From: Promethearchaeota archaeon
GTDB taxonomy: Archaea; Asgardarchaeota; Lokiarchaeia; Sigyniarchaeales; SOKP01
Direction of reading: 5' to 3'
Assembly (NCBI GenBank): GCA_016930515.1
Contig: JAFGGO010000074.1
Location: forward strand, 4,790 to 68,789
DNA: 64,000 nucleotides
The position numbers and the translations under genes were made by a program. The notes under the pieces are model-generated. The model was not told where the DNA came from and made no database searches. It was given only the letters and a program-made list of their open reading frames with translations. Shown in pieces: positions 1-10,601 of this stretch. How positions within the stretch are numbered: position 1 is the first letter of the stretch; each line of letters opens with the position of its first letter.

Positions 1-1113
1 GAACACTTCAAGATTGAGGAATTTAGCTCATTAAAAGAAATTGGAATTGAAGAAAAGATCGAATTAGTTAAAGAACACGAAAAAACAATGTCGTCTCTTT
101 CAAGTCAAATAAAAAATACCAGAACGGTCTATATGGATAATGGCATTCAGAGTATTTTTGCAAATTCTTTTGGTAGTTTCATAACTCAAAATTATTCGGT
201 ATTAAGGTTATTTAATTTAGCGTTTGCTCAGAAAAATGGATTAATACAAAGAGCTGTCAACTCAGTAGGAGGTGTGGGTGGTTTTGAGATCGTTAAAACA
301 GAGCAAGCAAGAAGTTTAAGCCAAAAAACAGCAAGCGAAGCGATTGCCTTGCTTGAGGCTAAATCTCCCTTAGGAGGAAAATTCACGGTAATAATGGACC
401 CAAAGCTAACAGGAACATTCGTTCACGAGGCATTTGGACACGCCGTTGAGGCCGATCTAGTATTAAATAAGGAGAGTATATTAGAAGGAAGGATTGGAGA
501 AAAAGTTGCAATAGAAGACGTAACCATCATTGACGATCCACGAATGGGTAGAGCAAAAAAGCTTAATTTACCATACGAACTATTCGGTAGCTATTTCGTG
601 GATTCTGAAGGTATTCCATCTCAAAAGACTACGATAATAGAAGCTGGTATATTAAAAAATTATATTCATAGTTTGGAAACATCATCAAGAATGAATATTA
701 AACCTAACGGCCATGGAAGGGCAGCATCCGATTCCTCCCGACCTCAAGTAAGAATGGGTATAACACTTCTGGAACCCAAGGAGTGGAAGCTTGACGAAAT
801 GATCGAAGATACCAAAAACGGAATTCTATGCGAGGATTTTCAATATGGTTATACCGATCCAACAACTGGAAATTTTCAATTCAAATGTAGGATCTCCTAC
901 ACGATTGAGAACGGGGAAAAGAAAACCATGATGAGAGACGCTTCGCTTTCAGGTATGACCTTGGAAGTTTTAAATAAAATTACTGCTATAGGTAGCAAAT
1001 CCGAAATGAATATTTCTGATGGGATGTGTGGAAAAGGCGGGCAAAGTGTAAGGGTGTGTGATGGTGGTCCGTTTGTTCGAATAGAAGACATGATCGTTGG
1101 AGGTTTGAGTTAG
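1..1113 (+). CDS. tldD: TldD-family metalloprotease (5' end outside window)
   Basis: Frame 1 is open from nt 1, upstream of the first ATG at 88. HEAFGHAVEAD zinc-binding HExxxH motif. Followed 1 nt later by its usual partner PmbA. Confidence 0.85.
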   Translation, partial: EHFKIEEFSSLKEIGIEEKIELVKEHEKTMSSLSSQIKNTRTVYMDNGIQSIFANSFGSFITQNYSVLRLFNLAFAQKNGLIQRAVNSVGGVGGFEIVKTEQARSLSQKTASEAIALLEAKSPLGGKFTVIMDPKLTGTFVHEAFGHAVEADLVLNKESILEGRIGEKVAIEDVTIIDDPRMGRAKKLNLPYELFGSYFVDSEGIPSQKTTIIEAGILKNYIHSLETSSRMNIKPNGHGRAASDSSRPQVRMGITLLEPKEWKLDEMIEDTKNGILCEDFQYGYTDPTTGNFQFKCRISYTIENGEKKTMMRDASLSGMTLEVLNKITAIGSKSEMNISDGMCGKGGQSVRVCDGGPFVRIEDMIVGGLS

Positions 1114-1114
1114 C

Positions 1115-2491
1115 TTGGAAAATTTAGATATTTTTAACACGGCAGATAAATGTTTAGAATTAAGTAAAAAGATAGATCCTAATGTGAAATGCACGGAAAT
1201 TTACATAAAAAAAACAAAGTATATTAATATTGAAATCGAAGAAAATTCTGTAAAGAATAGCGAGTCGGGAAGCGATTTGGGAATATCTATTAGAGCATTT
1301 GATAAGCGTGGTTCCTTGGGCTTTGCCTTTACGAATAAGACAAATAAATTTTCCATTGAATCTATGATAAGAACGGCCATCAAGATGATGAAAGCCGGAA
1401 CAGATGACCCCGACTTTGAGGATTTGCCCCTTGCACAAACTAATTATCCAACCGTTACGGGCTTATTTGATAAGACTATAAAAGAACTTCAAGTCGAAGA
1501 TTCCATGCAATATGTAAGGGAATTGATTAATACATGTAAAGAAGACGAACAAGCCATTTCTCAAGCCGCTAATTTCACATCAAATTACTCAAAAGTATTA
1601 ATTCTCAATTCTAACGGCTTAGAAGTTAGGGGAAAAAAAACTAATTGCATCGTTTCCTCAAGGATGATTGCAAGAGACAAGTTTAGCAATGATACATCAT
1701 TTGGAGTGGAATGGCAATCCGTGCGAAATTTAAAAGAAATAGATGCTATATTAATTGCCCAAAAAGCCTTAAAGAATGCAAAGAATAACTTAAACCGAAA
1801 AAAGATTAATAATATGAAATGTCCACTCGTTTTGACACCTAATGGAGCCATTAGCCTTATTTTAGAACCATTAATATCCGCAATTAACGCAGAAACCTTC
1901 CAATATAATAGAAGTTTTCTTGTTGGAAAGCGGGGAGCTCAAGTTGGATCTATCTACTTGAATGTGGAAGATAAAGCTCTTATCGATAATGGTTCGGGAT
2001 CGGCAGTGTTTGATGGTGAAGGAGTTCCTTGTAGGGATAAAATAATCATTAATAATGGAACTTTTTTGGAATCGGGGTTATTACATAATAGTTATACTGC
2101 CAATAAAGAAGGTACTATAAGTACGGGAAATGCTTCTAGATCTTCTTATAGTTCTGTTCCTTCAATCAATTGTACGAATTTCTTGTTAAATTCGGGTGAA
2201 CATTCAAGTGAAGAAATAATTGAGGACATGAAACATGGAATAATACTCGATTATACGGGAGATTCTCCTAATATTGCAACGGGTGATTTTAGTGGGCTTA
2301 TTTTGCAGGGATCTTTTGTTAAGAACGGAGAGATCATTCATCCTCTAAATGAAACCATGCTTGCAATTAATCTCATAGATTTATTTAGAAAAATTGATGC
2401 CATTTCTAAAGAATATAGCGTATATGGTTCTTTTCAAGCTCCGTATGTTAGAATTGATGATGTGAATATCTTAGGTGGTGGTGATGTTTAG
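1115..2491 (+). CDS. pmbA: PmbA/TldE-family protein (TldD partner)
   Basis: 458-aa ORF with a TTG start directly after the tldD stop. TldD/PmbA-type C-terminal Gly-rich blocks (GNASRSSY, ATGDFSG). Canonical tldD-pmbA pairing. Confidence 0.8.
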   Translation: MENLDIFNTADKCLELSKKIDPNVKCTEIYIKKTKYINIEIEENSVKNSESGSDLGISIRAFDKRGSLGFAFTNKTNKFSIESMIRTAIKMMKAGTDDPDFEDLPLAQTNYPTVTGLFDKTIKELQVEDSMQYVRELINTCKEDEQAISQAANFTSNYSKVLILNSNGLEVRGKKTNCIVSSRMIARDKFSNDTSFGVEWQSVRNLKEIDAILIAQKALKNAKNNLNRKKINNMKCPLVLTPNGAISLILEPLISAINAETFQYNRSFLVGKRGAQVGSIYLNVEDKALIDNGSGSAVFDGEGVPCRDKIIINNGTFLESGLLHNSYTANKEGTISTGNASRSSYSSVPSINCTNFLLNSGEHSSEEIIEDMKHGIILDYTGDSPNIATGDFSGLILQGSFVKNGEIIHPLNETMLAINLIDLFRKIDAISKEYSVYGSFQAPYVRIDDVNILGGGDV

Positions 2492-3037
2492 ATTGATTCT
2501 TAAAAAAAAACCATTTTCAACAAATAAGAATTCTTCGTGTTCATCAGAAAATATTTTCCAGATTTCGAATAAGACCATCTGATCGTTTCCTGCTTCGGAA
2601 AAAGAAACATTAACGGGCATGGGCCCCCATTTATGGCTTGAATGTATTGTATAATTACCTGTTGTATGAGCAAGAGTTGTATTTGAACAACCTAATGTAG
2701 TAGGATCGATCCAAGTATCGTTATTGCATGCTCCATATTTTATTCTAAATTTTAAATCATATCCAAGATGGTTTTCCATATAAAGATAGAATGTGAGATT
2801 TTCATCGACTAGTGCTTTTGTTGGATAATTTCCTAATTCCTCTTCTTCGTTTAAAACGGCAAAAACAATGAATCCTTCTTCGGGTGTTGTTAAATAATAG
2901 ATAATGAAACCAAAAACGGTAATAATACCAATTAATAGGCACACCGTTAATACTTTTCCGAAACTCTTGGAGTTGTTGCTTGAAGAAAATTTATTTTTTA
3001 TAATTGATAGTTTCTTCATAATCTTTAAACCACGCAA
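2471..3037 (-). CDS. Membrane-anchored protein with N-glycosylation sequons, possibly DUF1616-like
   Basis: One N-terminal TM helix (VLTVCLLIGIITVFGFIIYYL), a beta-rich C-terminal part and several NxT/S sequons. Downstream of a sugar-nucleotide enzyme gene. The family assignment is from memory only. Confidence 0.3.
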   Translation of the reverse strand: MRGLKIMKKLSIIKNKFSSSNNSKSFGKVLTVCLLIGIITVFGFIIYYLTTPEEGFIVFAVLNEEEELGNYPTKALVDENLTFYLYMENHLGYDLKFRIKYGACNNDTWIDPTTLGCSNTTLAHTTGNYTIHSSHKWGPMPVNVSFSEAGNDQMVLFEIWKIFSDEHEEFLFVENGFFLRINLNITTT

Positions 3038-4073
3038 TCGTCTTTTTTAAACCTTCTCGTAAAGGCGTCGTAGGGGTCCAATCTATAATTTCCTTGGCTT
3101 TTGTGAGAACGGGAGATCTTCTTAATGGATCATCTATTGGTAATTTGTGAAATATTATTTTTGAACTCGAATTCGTTAATTCTATTATAATATTTGCCAA
3201 TTCTAATATTGTAAATTGTTTATCGTTACCTAAGTTGATAACTTCCCCTCTTGCTTTTTCAGAGTGGATTATCTTCAAGAATCCTTCGATTTCATCAACA
3301 ACATATGTAAACGACCTCGTCTGAGAACCATTACCAAAAACAGTGATATCCTCGTTATTAATCGCTTGATGAATGAAATTAGGAATAACCCTTCCAAATT
3401 CAGGTCCAGAACGTATTCTTGGACCAGATGTATTAAAAATGCGAACGATCTTGGTGTTTATTCCGTGTTGGAGCTCGTAAGCCTTTACAAATGCCTCTCC
3501 CGCTCTTTTTGACTCGTCGTAACAGCTCCTTGGCCCAACCGGATTAACATGTCCGTAATATGTTTCAGGAGTTGGAACCCGTTCTGGAGGAGGATTGCCA
3601 TATACTTCAGAAGTACTCGTATAAAAAAAGATTGCGTTGTGAGCTTTCGCAATACCTAAAGCGTTCATGGTACCTAGAGTATTACTTTTAAGTATAGGAA
3701 TAGGGTATTGCTGGAATTCAAACGGAGATGCCCTACTAGCCATATGCATTACAATATCTATTTTTTTGATATCACCAATACAAATACCATTTGGATGATG
3801 AGTAATCCCAAAATAAATAGGTACGGAAATATCGTGATTTATAAACCTGAAATTAGGCTTATCCTTTAAATGAGAAATATTTTCAAATCTACCTGAAGAT
3901 AAATTATCTATACAAATGCAATTTGCTCCTTGCTTGACTAAAATATCGCATACCCAAGATCCAAGAAATCCTGCCCCTCCAGTAACCAAAATTGTCTTAT
4001 CCTTAAAAGATATATTATCTTTTTCAATTCGATTTAATATTTCTTGTAAGTCCTCTTCTAGGTTATAGTGCAT
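2991..4073 (-). CDS. NAD-dependent epimerase/dehydratase, UDP-glucuronate decarboxylase-like (extended SDR)
   Basis: Rossmann motif VTGGAGFLGS, catalytic YxxxK (YDESKRAGE), about 360 aa. Confidence 0.8.
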   Translation of the reverse strand: MHYNLEEDLQEILNRIEKDNISFKDKTILVTGGAGFLGSWVCDILVKQGANCICIDNLSSGRFENISHLKDKPNFRFINHDISVPIYFGITHHPNGICIGDIKKIDIVMHMASRASPFEFQQYPIPILKSNTLGTMNALGIAKAHNAIFFYTSTSEVYGNPPPERVPTPETYYGHVNPVGPRSCYDESKRAGEAFVKAYELQHGINTKIVRIFNTSGPRIRSGPEFGRVIPNFIHQAINNEDITVFGNGSQTRSFTYVVDEIEGFLKIIHSEKARGEVINLGNDKQFTILELANIIIELTNSSSKIIFHKLPIDDPLRRSPVLTKAKEIIDWTPTTPLREGLKKTIAWFKDYEETINYKK

Positions 4074-4291
4074 TTAATTCAACTCACTTAATTTTTGTTA
4101 GGAAATACTCAAATAGATTTATCTTTTTCTGAAAAATCCTTCTTATTTTCTAGTTCCCTTTCAAACATACTATAGTGCTTAAAATTCGATCAATGAATAT
4201 TCTTTTAATCTGTTAATAATTAACATTGAAAAAAATAATATAGGATTGGCATTTATTTCACTTAAATGTTGAATTTTTATTCTATAAGATT

Positions 4292-5653
4292 ATGACACAT
4301 AAGTTTATACATCCAATAGAAACGCGATATCGCACTAAGATTGCAGACATTTTTACTGAAGAAAAGAAATTGGCAAATTGGTTAAGGGTAGAAGCCATTT
4401 TAGCAAGGATTCACGCAAAGTTAGGGAACATCCCAATAGAGGCTGCAAAAGAAATCGAAAAAAAAGCAACTTTAGAACATGTTAAGATCGAAAGATTTAA
4501 AGAACTCGATAGGGAAATTCACCACGACCTCATGGCAATGGTCAAGGCTTTAACAGAACAATGTGATGGAGAAGCAGGAAAATACATTCATTTAGGGGCC
4601 ACTAGCTACGATATTGAAGACACGGCACTTGCGTTGCAGCTTAAAGAAGCTTTAGAATATTTAAAAATATCTCTCCTGGGTCTATTAAAAAAGTTATGGT
4701 TGCTTATTGCTGAAAAAAAGAATTTAATATGTATTGGAAGAACGCATGGACAACACGCAATACCAACTACCTACGGAATGAGATTTGGTGTCTGGGCAAG
4801 CGAAATTGATAGACACATCGATAGAATATCTGAAACATTAAGAAGAGCAGCTTGCGGAAAGATGTCAGGAGCTGTAGGCACCATGGCAAGTTTTGGGGAA
4901 AAAGGAATCGAAATACAAAAGTTAGTCATGGAAGAGCTCGATTTATCTCCCGTTTTAATTGCAAACCAAGTAATTCAAAGGGACAGGCACGCAGAAGTTA
5001 TTTTGTTGACGGCTTTGATAGGTCAAACGCTTTCAAAGATCGCTAGAGAGATTAGAATTCTTCAAAGGAACGAAATTGGAGAAATTTTTGAACCATTTAA
5101 GAAAAACCAAGTTGGAAGTTCGACTATGCCTCATAAGAGAAACCCCCATAAATCCGAAAGAATATGTAGCATAGCACGAGTTGTAAAGTCGAATGTGATT
5201 ATTGCCTTAGACAATATTGTGTTAGAAGACGAGAGAGATTTGACGAATTCCGCTTCTGAAAGGGTAATTTTTGCCGAAAATTTCGTGTTTTTAGATTTTA
5301 TGATAATCGAACTCACTTCGATTCTTGCAGGATTAGAATTTAATGAATCTCAAATCAATCGAAATCTTAATTTAACAAGAGGGGCTTGTTTGGCCGAACG
5401 TATAATGGTTGAACTCGTGAAAAGGGGTATTGGCAGGCAAGAAGGGCACGAGATCCTAAGGCAAGCAGCAATTCAGGCGAGAAAAGAAGATGTATTTATT
5501 AAGGACATTCTCATGACTAATAGAAGCATAAAAGAAAGATTTACGCAAGAAGATTTGGATGATTTATTAGATCCTAAAGGTTATATAGGTAAATCGATTG
5601 AACAAGTTAACAATCTTTTAGATTATTTTGTAAATAAATACCACTTTAAATGA
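4292..5653 (+). CDS. purB: Adenylosuccinate lyase
   Basis: Fumarate-lyase signature GSSTMPHKRNP. 453 aa. Start-stop overlap (ATGA) with the downstream purM-like gene. Confidence 0.9.
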   Translation: MTHKFIHPIETRYRTKIADIFTEEKKLANWLRVEAILARIHAKLGNIPIEAAKEIEKKATLEHVKIERFKELDREIHHDLMAMVKALTEQCDGEAGKYIHLGATSYDIEDTALALQLKEALEYLKISLLGLLKKLWLLIAEKKNLICIGRTHGQHAIPTTYGMRFGVWASEIDRHIDRISETLRRAACGKMSGAVGTMASFGEKGIEIQKLVMEELDLSPVLIANQVIQRDRHAEVILLTALIGQTLSKIAREIRILQRNEIGEIFEPFKKNQVGSSTMPHKRNPHKSERICSIARVVKSNVIIALDNIVLEDERDLTNSASERVIFAENFVFLDFMIIELTSILAGLEFNESQINRNLNLTRGACLAERIMVELVKRGIGRQEGHEILRQAAIQARKEDVFIKDILMTNRSIKERFTQEDLDDLLDPKGYIGKSIEQVNNLLDYFVNKYHFK

Positions 5654-6831
5654 AAATGGTTGACGACGACTTATATGCCAAATTAGGCGCTTCCTCGAAA
5701 AAGGAGGCCGTTCACGATGCGATTAAAACAATTGATAAAGGATTGTATCCTGGAGCCTTCTGCAAAATCGTAAGCGACATAAGCAATAGAGGGGAATACT
5801 GTTCAATTTTTCATTCTGACGGAGCGGGTACTAAATCAAGCCTTGCTTACATGTATTACAAGGAAACGGGAGATCCTTCTGTTTTCGAAGGAGTTGTTAA
5901 AGACGCAATTGTCATGAATATTGATGATGTGCTATGTGTTGGTGTAACAGATAATGTATTTATATCGAATAATTTAGGACGAAATAGTCGATATATATCT
6001 GGACAAATAATATCAATTATTATAAAGGAATACGAGCGCTATTGTAAGGAGTTAACTGAAATGGGAATGAACCTCTTATTATGTGGAGGAGAAACTGCTG
6101 ATGTTGGAGATCTCGTCAGAACGCTTATTATAGACGCATCCGTTTTTGCAACTATCCCTAAAAAGGATATTATTGACGCAAGTAAGATTAAATCCACGGA
6201 CGTTATAGTTGGGCTAGCAAGCGATGGAAAATCAACCTACGAAAAAGAGTATAATAGCGGTATAGGATGTAATGGCTTGACACTCGCCAGACACGGTACT
6301 CTTTCCCATGATTATTACAAGAAATATCCAGAAGCTTTTGATCCAAAATTAGAAGAAAAATATGCATTTTTTGGAACTCATTTCCTGCAAGACCCCATTA
6401 AAGATATCAATTTAACTGTAGGACAAGCTTTGTTATCACCTACAAGAACTTATGCTCCTATAATATCAGAAGTATTAAAAGAAATTAGGAGTGAGATTCA
6501 CGGTATAATACACAACACGGGAGGTGGTCAATTAAAATCGCTTAATTTTGGAACAGGAATAAAATATGTTAAAAATGATTTATTTAAAATTCCTAGCGTT
6601 TTTAATTTAATAAAAGAATCGTCAGGTACTTCTTGGAAAGAAATGTATTCCGTATTTAATATGGGGCATAGGATGGAATTGTTCTGTGACGAATCAATTG
6701 CTAAAGAAATTATCGAGATAGCAAACAAATATAGTGTCAATTCTAAAATCGTTGGATATTGTGAATCTTCGAACTCTAGGAAGAATTTATTAGCAATAGA
6801 ATCTGAATATGGTAAATTTGAATACTCCTAA
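5650..6831 (+). CDS. purM: AIR synthase (PurM)-family protein
   Basis: PurM-like blocks: HSDGAGTK, NIDDVLCVG, GGETAD, LSPTRTY, HNTGGG, FNMGHRM. Translationally coupled to purB. Confidence 0.7.
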   Translation: MKMVDDDLYAKLGASSKKEAVHDAIKTIDKGLYPGAFCKIVSDISNRGEYCSIFHSDGAGTKSSLAYMYYKETGDPSVFEGVVKDAIVMNIDDVLCVGVTDNVFISNNLGRNSRYISGQIISIIIKEYERYCKELTEMGMNLLLCGGETADVGDLVRTLIIDASVFATIPKKDIIDASKIKSTDVIVGLASDGKSTYEKEYNSGIGCNGLTLARHGTLSHDYYKKYPEAFDPKLEEKYAFFGTHFLQDPIKDINLTVGQALLSPTRTYAPIISEVLKEIRSEIHGIIHNTGGGQLKSLNFGTGIKYVKNDLFKIPSVFNLIKESSGTSWKEMYSVFNMGHRMELFCDESIAKEIIEIANKYSVNSKIVGYCESSNSRKNLLAIESEYGKFEYS

Positions 6832-6846
6832 AAAGAGAGAATTTCA

Positions 6847-7800
6847 ATGAAGACTTTTGATGTTATATCAATTGGGGCTGCTTTAGTAGATATGATTGCG
6901 AGTGTCGAGAGATATCCGCTTGAAGACGACGAAGTGTATGTTTCTGACTTAAAAGTAATATCAGGAGGGGCTGCGGCTAATACGGCTTATGCCTGCGCGA
7001 AACTCGGGCTCAATACCGCTTTTATCGGCAAGATAGGAGAAGACGATGCCTTTGGTCAAAAGATCATCTATGATTTTAAATCAGTCTCTGTAAATATATC
7101 TTTGATTAAACATAGTACTAAAGTAGGTACCGGTTCTGCGTATGTTGCCTTAAATAAAACAGGTGATAGACGGATTTATGCCTATAGCGGAGCAGCTAAC
7201 GAGCTTTCAAAAGAAGATATTAACGAGAAAGAATTAACTCTCTCAAAAGTAATATTTCTCAGTAGTTTGCGTAATATAGAGCCATTTTTAAAAGCAGCAA
7301 AAACTGCCAGAGAACATAATATTTGCTCGATTTTAAATCCTGGCATGTTGATTATTGAACAGGGTTTTGATAAAATATCTCGATTACTCAAGTATATAGA
7401 TATTTTAATCATTTCTAAAAGAGAATATTGTTGCTTAATGGGCTTAGAGGATCTAGATTTAGACGCTACTGTATTGAAGGAAATTCCTAAAGTTTTTCAA
7501 GATTTAGGAATATTAGCGCTTATCATTACTTTAGGTAGTGAAGGTGCATTTCTTCTCACGTGTAGTTATTCGAAGATCATTCCTCCTCGTAAAGTTGATA
7601 AGGTTGTTGACACAACAGGGGCGGGTGACGCGTTTTCAGCGGGATTTATTTATGGATTTAACCAAAACCCTGGATTTGAAATCAAAAAGCTGGAAAGAAA
7701 CATAAAGATCGGTTGTATTGTAGCTACTTGTTGTATTCAGAGCTTGGGTGCGAGAAATGGGCTCCCTGGAGAGAAGGAAATAAAAAAACTTTTAATGTGA
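6847..7800 (+). CDS. PfkB-family carbohydrate/nucleoside kinase
   Basis: Ribokinase-family signature DTTGAGDAFSAGFIYG and N-terminal GGAAANTA motif. Confidence 0.8.
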   Translation: MKTFDVISIGAALVDMIASVERYPLEDDEVYVSDLKVISGGAAANTAYACAKLGLNTAFIGKIGEDDAFGQKIIYDFKSVSVNISLIKHSTKVGTGSAYVALNKTGDRRIYAYSGAANELSKEDINEKELTLSKVIFLSSLRNIEPFLKAAKTAREHNICSILNPGMLIIEQGFDKISRLLKYIDILIISKREYCCLMGLEDLDLDATVLKEIPKVFQDLGILALIITLGSEGAFLLTCSYSKIIPPRKVDKVVDTTGAGDAFSAGFIYGFNQNPGFEIKKLERNIKIGCIVATCCIQSLGARNGLPGEKEIKKLLM

Positions 7801-7847
7801 AGGAAAAATTACCATTATAAAAACTAATATATTCCAACTTGAGAGCT

Positions 7848-8903
7848 ATGATAGAGCAAGAGAAAAAAAGTTATAGTAAATTAGTTGAAGATAGAACCTA
7901 TTTTTTTATTGAAATTTTAATTGTTTTCATCGTAACCATTTTTTTTCTCATACCATCATTCCTCGTTGAATTTTTTATTGATAACAACTCAATATTTTTT
8001 GCCCCACTATTTTTTTCGACTAAAGCATTAGGAATTTTATTTGGAATCCCAGTTTCGTTGCTAATAGTACAAAAATTGGGAAAATTTAGTACCGAAAGCC
8101 CGCGTTTTCAATCAAAAGTTAATCTATGGATTGGACACTTGAAATTATTCAAAATTTCAAAAAGCAACGTAAAATTTCAGCTATTGTTTGGTTTGCTCTT
8201 ACTTTTTCTAATTTTCATACCTGTTGATTTTATTACTTCACTATTGATTCCTGAAGTATTGGATTATCAGGCGGTAATGTTAACATCAGATCCAAAAGGA
8301 AATTATTTCTTAGAAGACTTTCAAATATTTATAATATCAGCCATAATCATTCATATTTCCGTGGCAATTATTGAAGAATCTATTGCAAGAGGATTAATCG
8401 CAAAAAGAGGGGCTGAAAACTTACCGATAATCTCTGCCGTTTTGATCTCCTCTATTTATTTTGGATTAGGTCACTTTACATATTTATTAAATCCTTTAAG
8501 TTCTAATTATCCAATATGGTTCCCATTTATTTGGTTCGTGGAAACCTTTGGCATTGGAGTAATCTTGGCTTTATTTATTATTAAAAAAAAGTGGATTTTT
8601 CCAGTTATTTTTGCGCATGCTCTCAATAACATTATATCAGCATTTAGCATATGGTATTGCTTGCAAGGTTTCGAGTTTTTCTATCTTACAATCTTCATGT
8701 ATGTTCCTTTATTAGTTATTAGTATTATATTATTAGTAATTAATTTTAAACGCATAAAAGAAAGCATCAAAACTGGATTTAGCATGTTAGGAAATATTTC
8801 TAAAGACGAAAGGAAACCTAAATCATTGGATGTTTTAATCACCATCATGCTAGATTTTGTTTTTGCGTGCTTGATCTTCCTAGTTGGTATCCTTATTATT
8901 TAG
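7848..8903 (+). CDS. CPBP (CAAX/Abi) family intramembrane metalloprotease
   Basis: Polytopic membrane protein with EExxxR (EESIARG), FGLGH and HALNN motifs. First ATG at 7848; the ORF opens with TTG at 7839. Confidence 0.7.
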   Translation: MIEQEKKSYSKLVEDRTYFFIEILIVFIVTIFFLIPSFLVEFFIDNNSIFFAPLFFSTKALGILFGIPVSLLIVQKLGKFSTESPRFQSKVNLWIGHLKLFKISKSNVKFQLLFGLLLLFLIFIPVDFITSLLIPEVLDYQAVMLTSDPKGNYFLEDFQIFIISAIIIHISVAIIEESIARGLIAKRGAENLPIISAVLISSIYFGLGHFTYLLNPLSSNYPIWFPFIWFVETFGIGVILALFIIKKKWIFPVIFAHALNNIISAFSIWYCLQGFEFFYLTIFMYVPLLVISIILLVINFKRIKESIKTGFSMLGNISKDERKPKSLDVLITIMLDFVFACLIFLVGILII

Positions 8904-8904
8904 A

Positions 8905-9450
8905 ATGGAGTTAATCTTAATGGTAAAATTTGGAGTATTATCTGATACTTTTATTTCAGATTCTGATGAGGTTAAAACTAGAGACCTATTGATACAAATT
9001 GCAAAAATTTTCAAGGGAGTGGATTATGTCTTGCATTTAGGGAATGTCTATGCCTCGGGATTTTTAGATGGTCTTAATCAAATGGCCCCTGTAAGATGCG
9101 TTCGCGGAGAATTAGACGATATAAAACACTTGGTCGATTTCATTTCGTTCTCTGTAGGACCTTACAAGATTGGAATGATTCACCAACCTCCAAACGATTT
9201 AAACGAATTTATACGTAAAAATCAACTTAGAATTCTCATTCACGGCAAAACTTGCGTGCCACTAATCGAAAGCACTTCAAGTAATGTTCTTATTTTGAAT
9301 CCAGGTTCTCCAACTCATCCAAAAGCACCCCCACAAAAAAAAGGATTTAATAAACCAATAGCAAGACCGAGCGTGATGATAATTGAGATTAATGACAAGA
9401 ATTACATGCTTTCAATATTTTTAATAAATTTAGAAGAAAAAAACTCTTGA
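8905..9450 (+). CDS. Metallophosphoesterase, YfcE/MJ0936-like
   Basis: Motif order VLSDT ... HLGN ... IHGKT ... NPGSPT. ATG at 8905, immediately after the upstream stop. Confidence 0.65.
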   Translation: MELILMVKFGVLSDTFISDSDEVKTRDLLIQIAKIFKGVDYVLHLGNVYASGFLDGLNQMAPVRCVRGELDDIKHLVDFISFSVGPYKIGMIHQPPNDLNEFIRKNQLRILIHGKTCVPLIESTSSNVLILNPGSPTHPKAPPQKKGFNKPIARPSVMIIEINDKNYMLSIFLINLEEKNS

Positions 9451-9511
9451 TGAGTTAAAATTAAATACTAAAGAAATTTTATTATTTATATCGTAATTAT
9501 TTAGCGAGCAT

Positions 9512-9919
9512 GTGAATTTTATGGTATCCAAACTTGAAATGATATTAAAGGAACTAAACGAGAACGGTAACTTTCGAGCATCGCTTTTTTCAACAGATAC
9601 GGGCTTGGTATTGTCTTCTCAAAAAGCTGATGATATTGACGAGAAGATCGTAGCCGCCATGGCAACCTTACTGAGCGACGCTGCCTATGCTGCTTCTGAA
9701 GACTTAAAATTATCTGAAATGACCAGTATTAAGATAAAATATAGCGACGATTTAATCATTTGCCGGAACATATCCATGCCGTCTGCCGATACAAATTTCG
9801 TACTAGCAGTCTTGTCTAAATTGCCCGACTCGGACGATGTAGAAAAATACTTCGATTCCCTCTTAGATTGGGCGATAGAAAACAGTCAAGCGGATTTACA
9901 AAAGCTCTCAAGTATTTAG
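9512..9919 (+). CDS. Roadblock/LC7 (MglB-like) domain protein
   Basis: 135 aa. Pattern GNFRASLFSTDTGLVLSS ... AAMATLLSDA ... FVLAVL, typical of the Roadblock fold. Alternative ATG at 9521. Confidence 0.6.
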   Translation: MNFMVSKLEMILKELNENGNFRASLFSTDTGLVLSSQKADDIDEKIVAAMATLLSDAAYAASEDLKLSEMTSIKIKYSDDLIICRNISMPSADTNFVLAVLSKLPDSDDVEKYFDSLLDWAIENSQADLQKLSSI

Positions 9920-9930
9920 AAGCTTTTTTC

Positions 9931-10563
9931 TTACTTTTTATTTAATGATCCACAAAATTCAAGAACCTTTTCAGCAACTTCACTTTCGTAGCCCATATAA
10001 AGATGATCGGCACCCTTTATAATGTGTTTAATTTTAGGTTCTTGATAAAAGTCGAAATGATGTTGAAAGTTTGAATAGAACGCAATCTGGTCTTTATCAC
10101 CTTGTATGAAAAGTTTAGGTTTGGTGGTCTGTGAAAGTTTTTTATATTCTCCTCCCATAAAATCCCAGGGAAATGATATTGCTATATATCCCAAAACATT
10201 AGCGCATCTAGCAACTACAGAACATCCTATTGCGGCACCATAAGAATACCCACAGACGATTAATTTATCTTGATTTTTATTGTGTATCAAGAAATTCAAG
10301 CATGCAGTAACGTCTTTAAGCTCGCCTAAACCAGCCGTGTGTATTCCAGTAGATAATCCTACACCTCGAAAGTTAAATTTCAGACAGGATATGTTGTTAT
10401 TAATTAACGCGTCAAAGACGGCTAATACAACATTATTATTAAAATTACCACCATAGAGAGGATGCGGATGACAAATTAATACGGCAGGTTCTTTATTTGT
10501 CCGGGATTCAAAGTATCGTGCTTCCAGTGTTATTTTATCGTTTTGAATGAATACTTTTTCCAT
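9931..10563 (-). CDS. Alpha/beta hydrolase
   Basis: HPHPLYGG oxyanion region, nucleophile elbow GYSYG, C-terminal GADH. Confidence 0.7.
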   Translation of the reverse strand: MEKVFIQNDKITLEARYFESRTNKEPAVLICHPHPLYGGNFNNNVVLAVFDALINNNISCLKFNFRGVGLSTGIHTAGLGELKDVTACLNFLIHNKNQDKLIVCGYSYGAAIGCSVVARCANVLGYIAISFPWDFMGGEYKKLSQTTKPKLFIQGDKDQIAFYSNFQHHFDFYQEPKIKHIIKGADHLYMGYESEVAEKVLEFCGSLNKK

Positions 10564-10601
10564 AGTTTTATTTAGGCTTTGAAACTATTAAATCTTGATC
10601 G

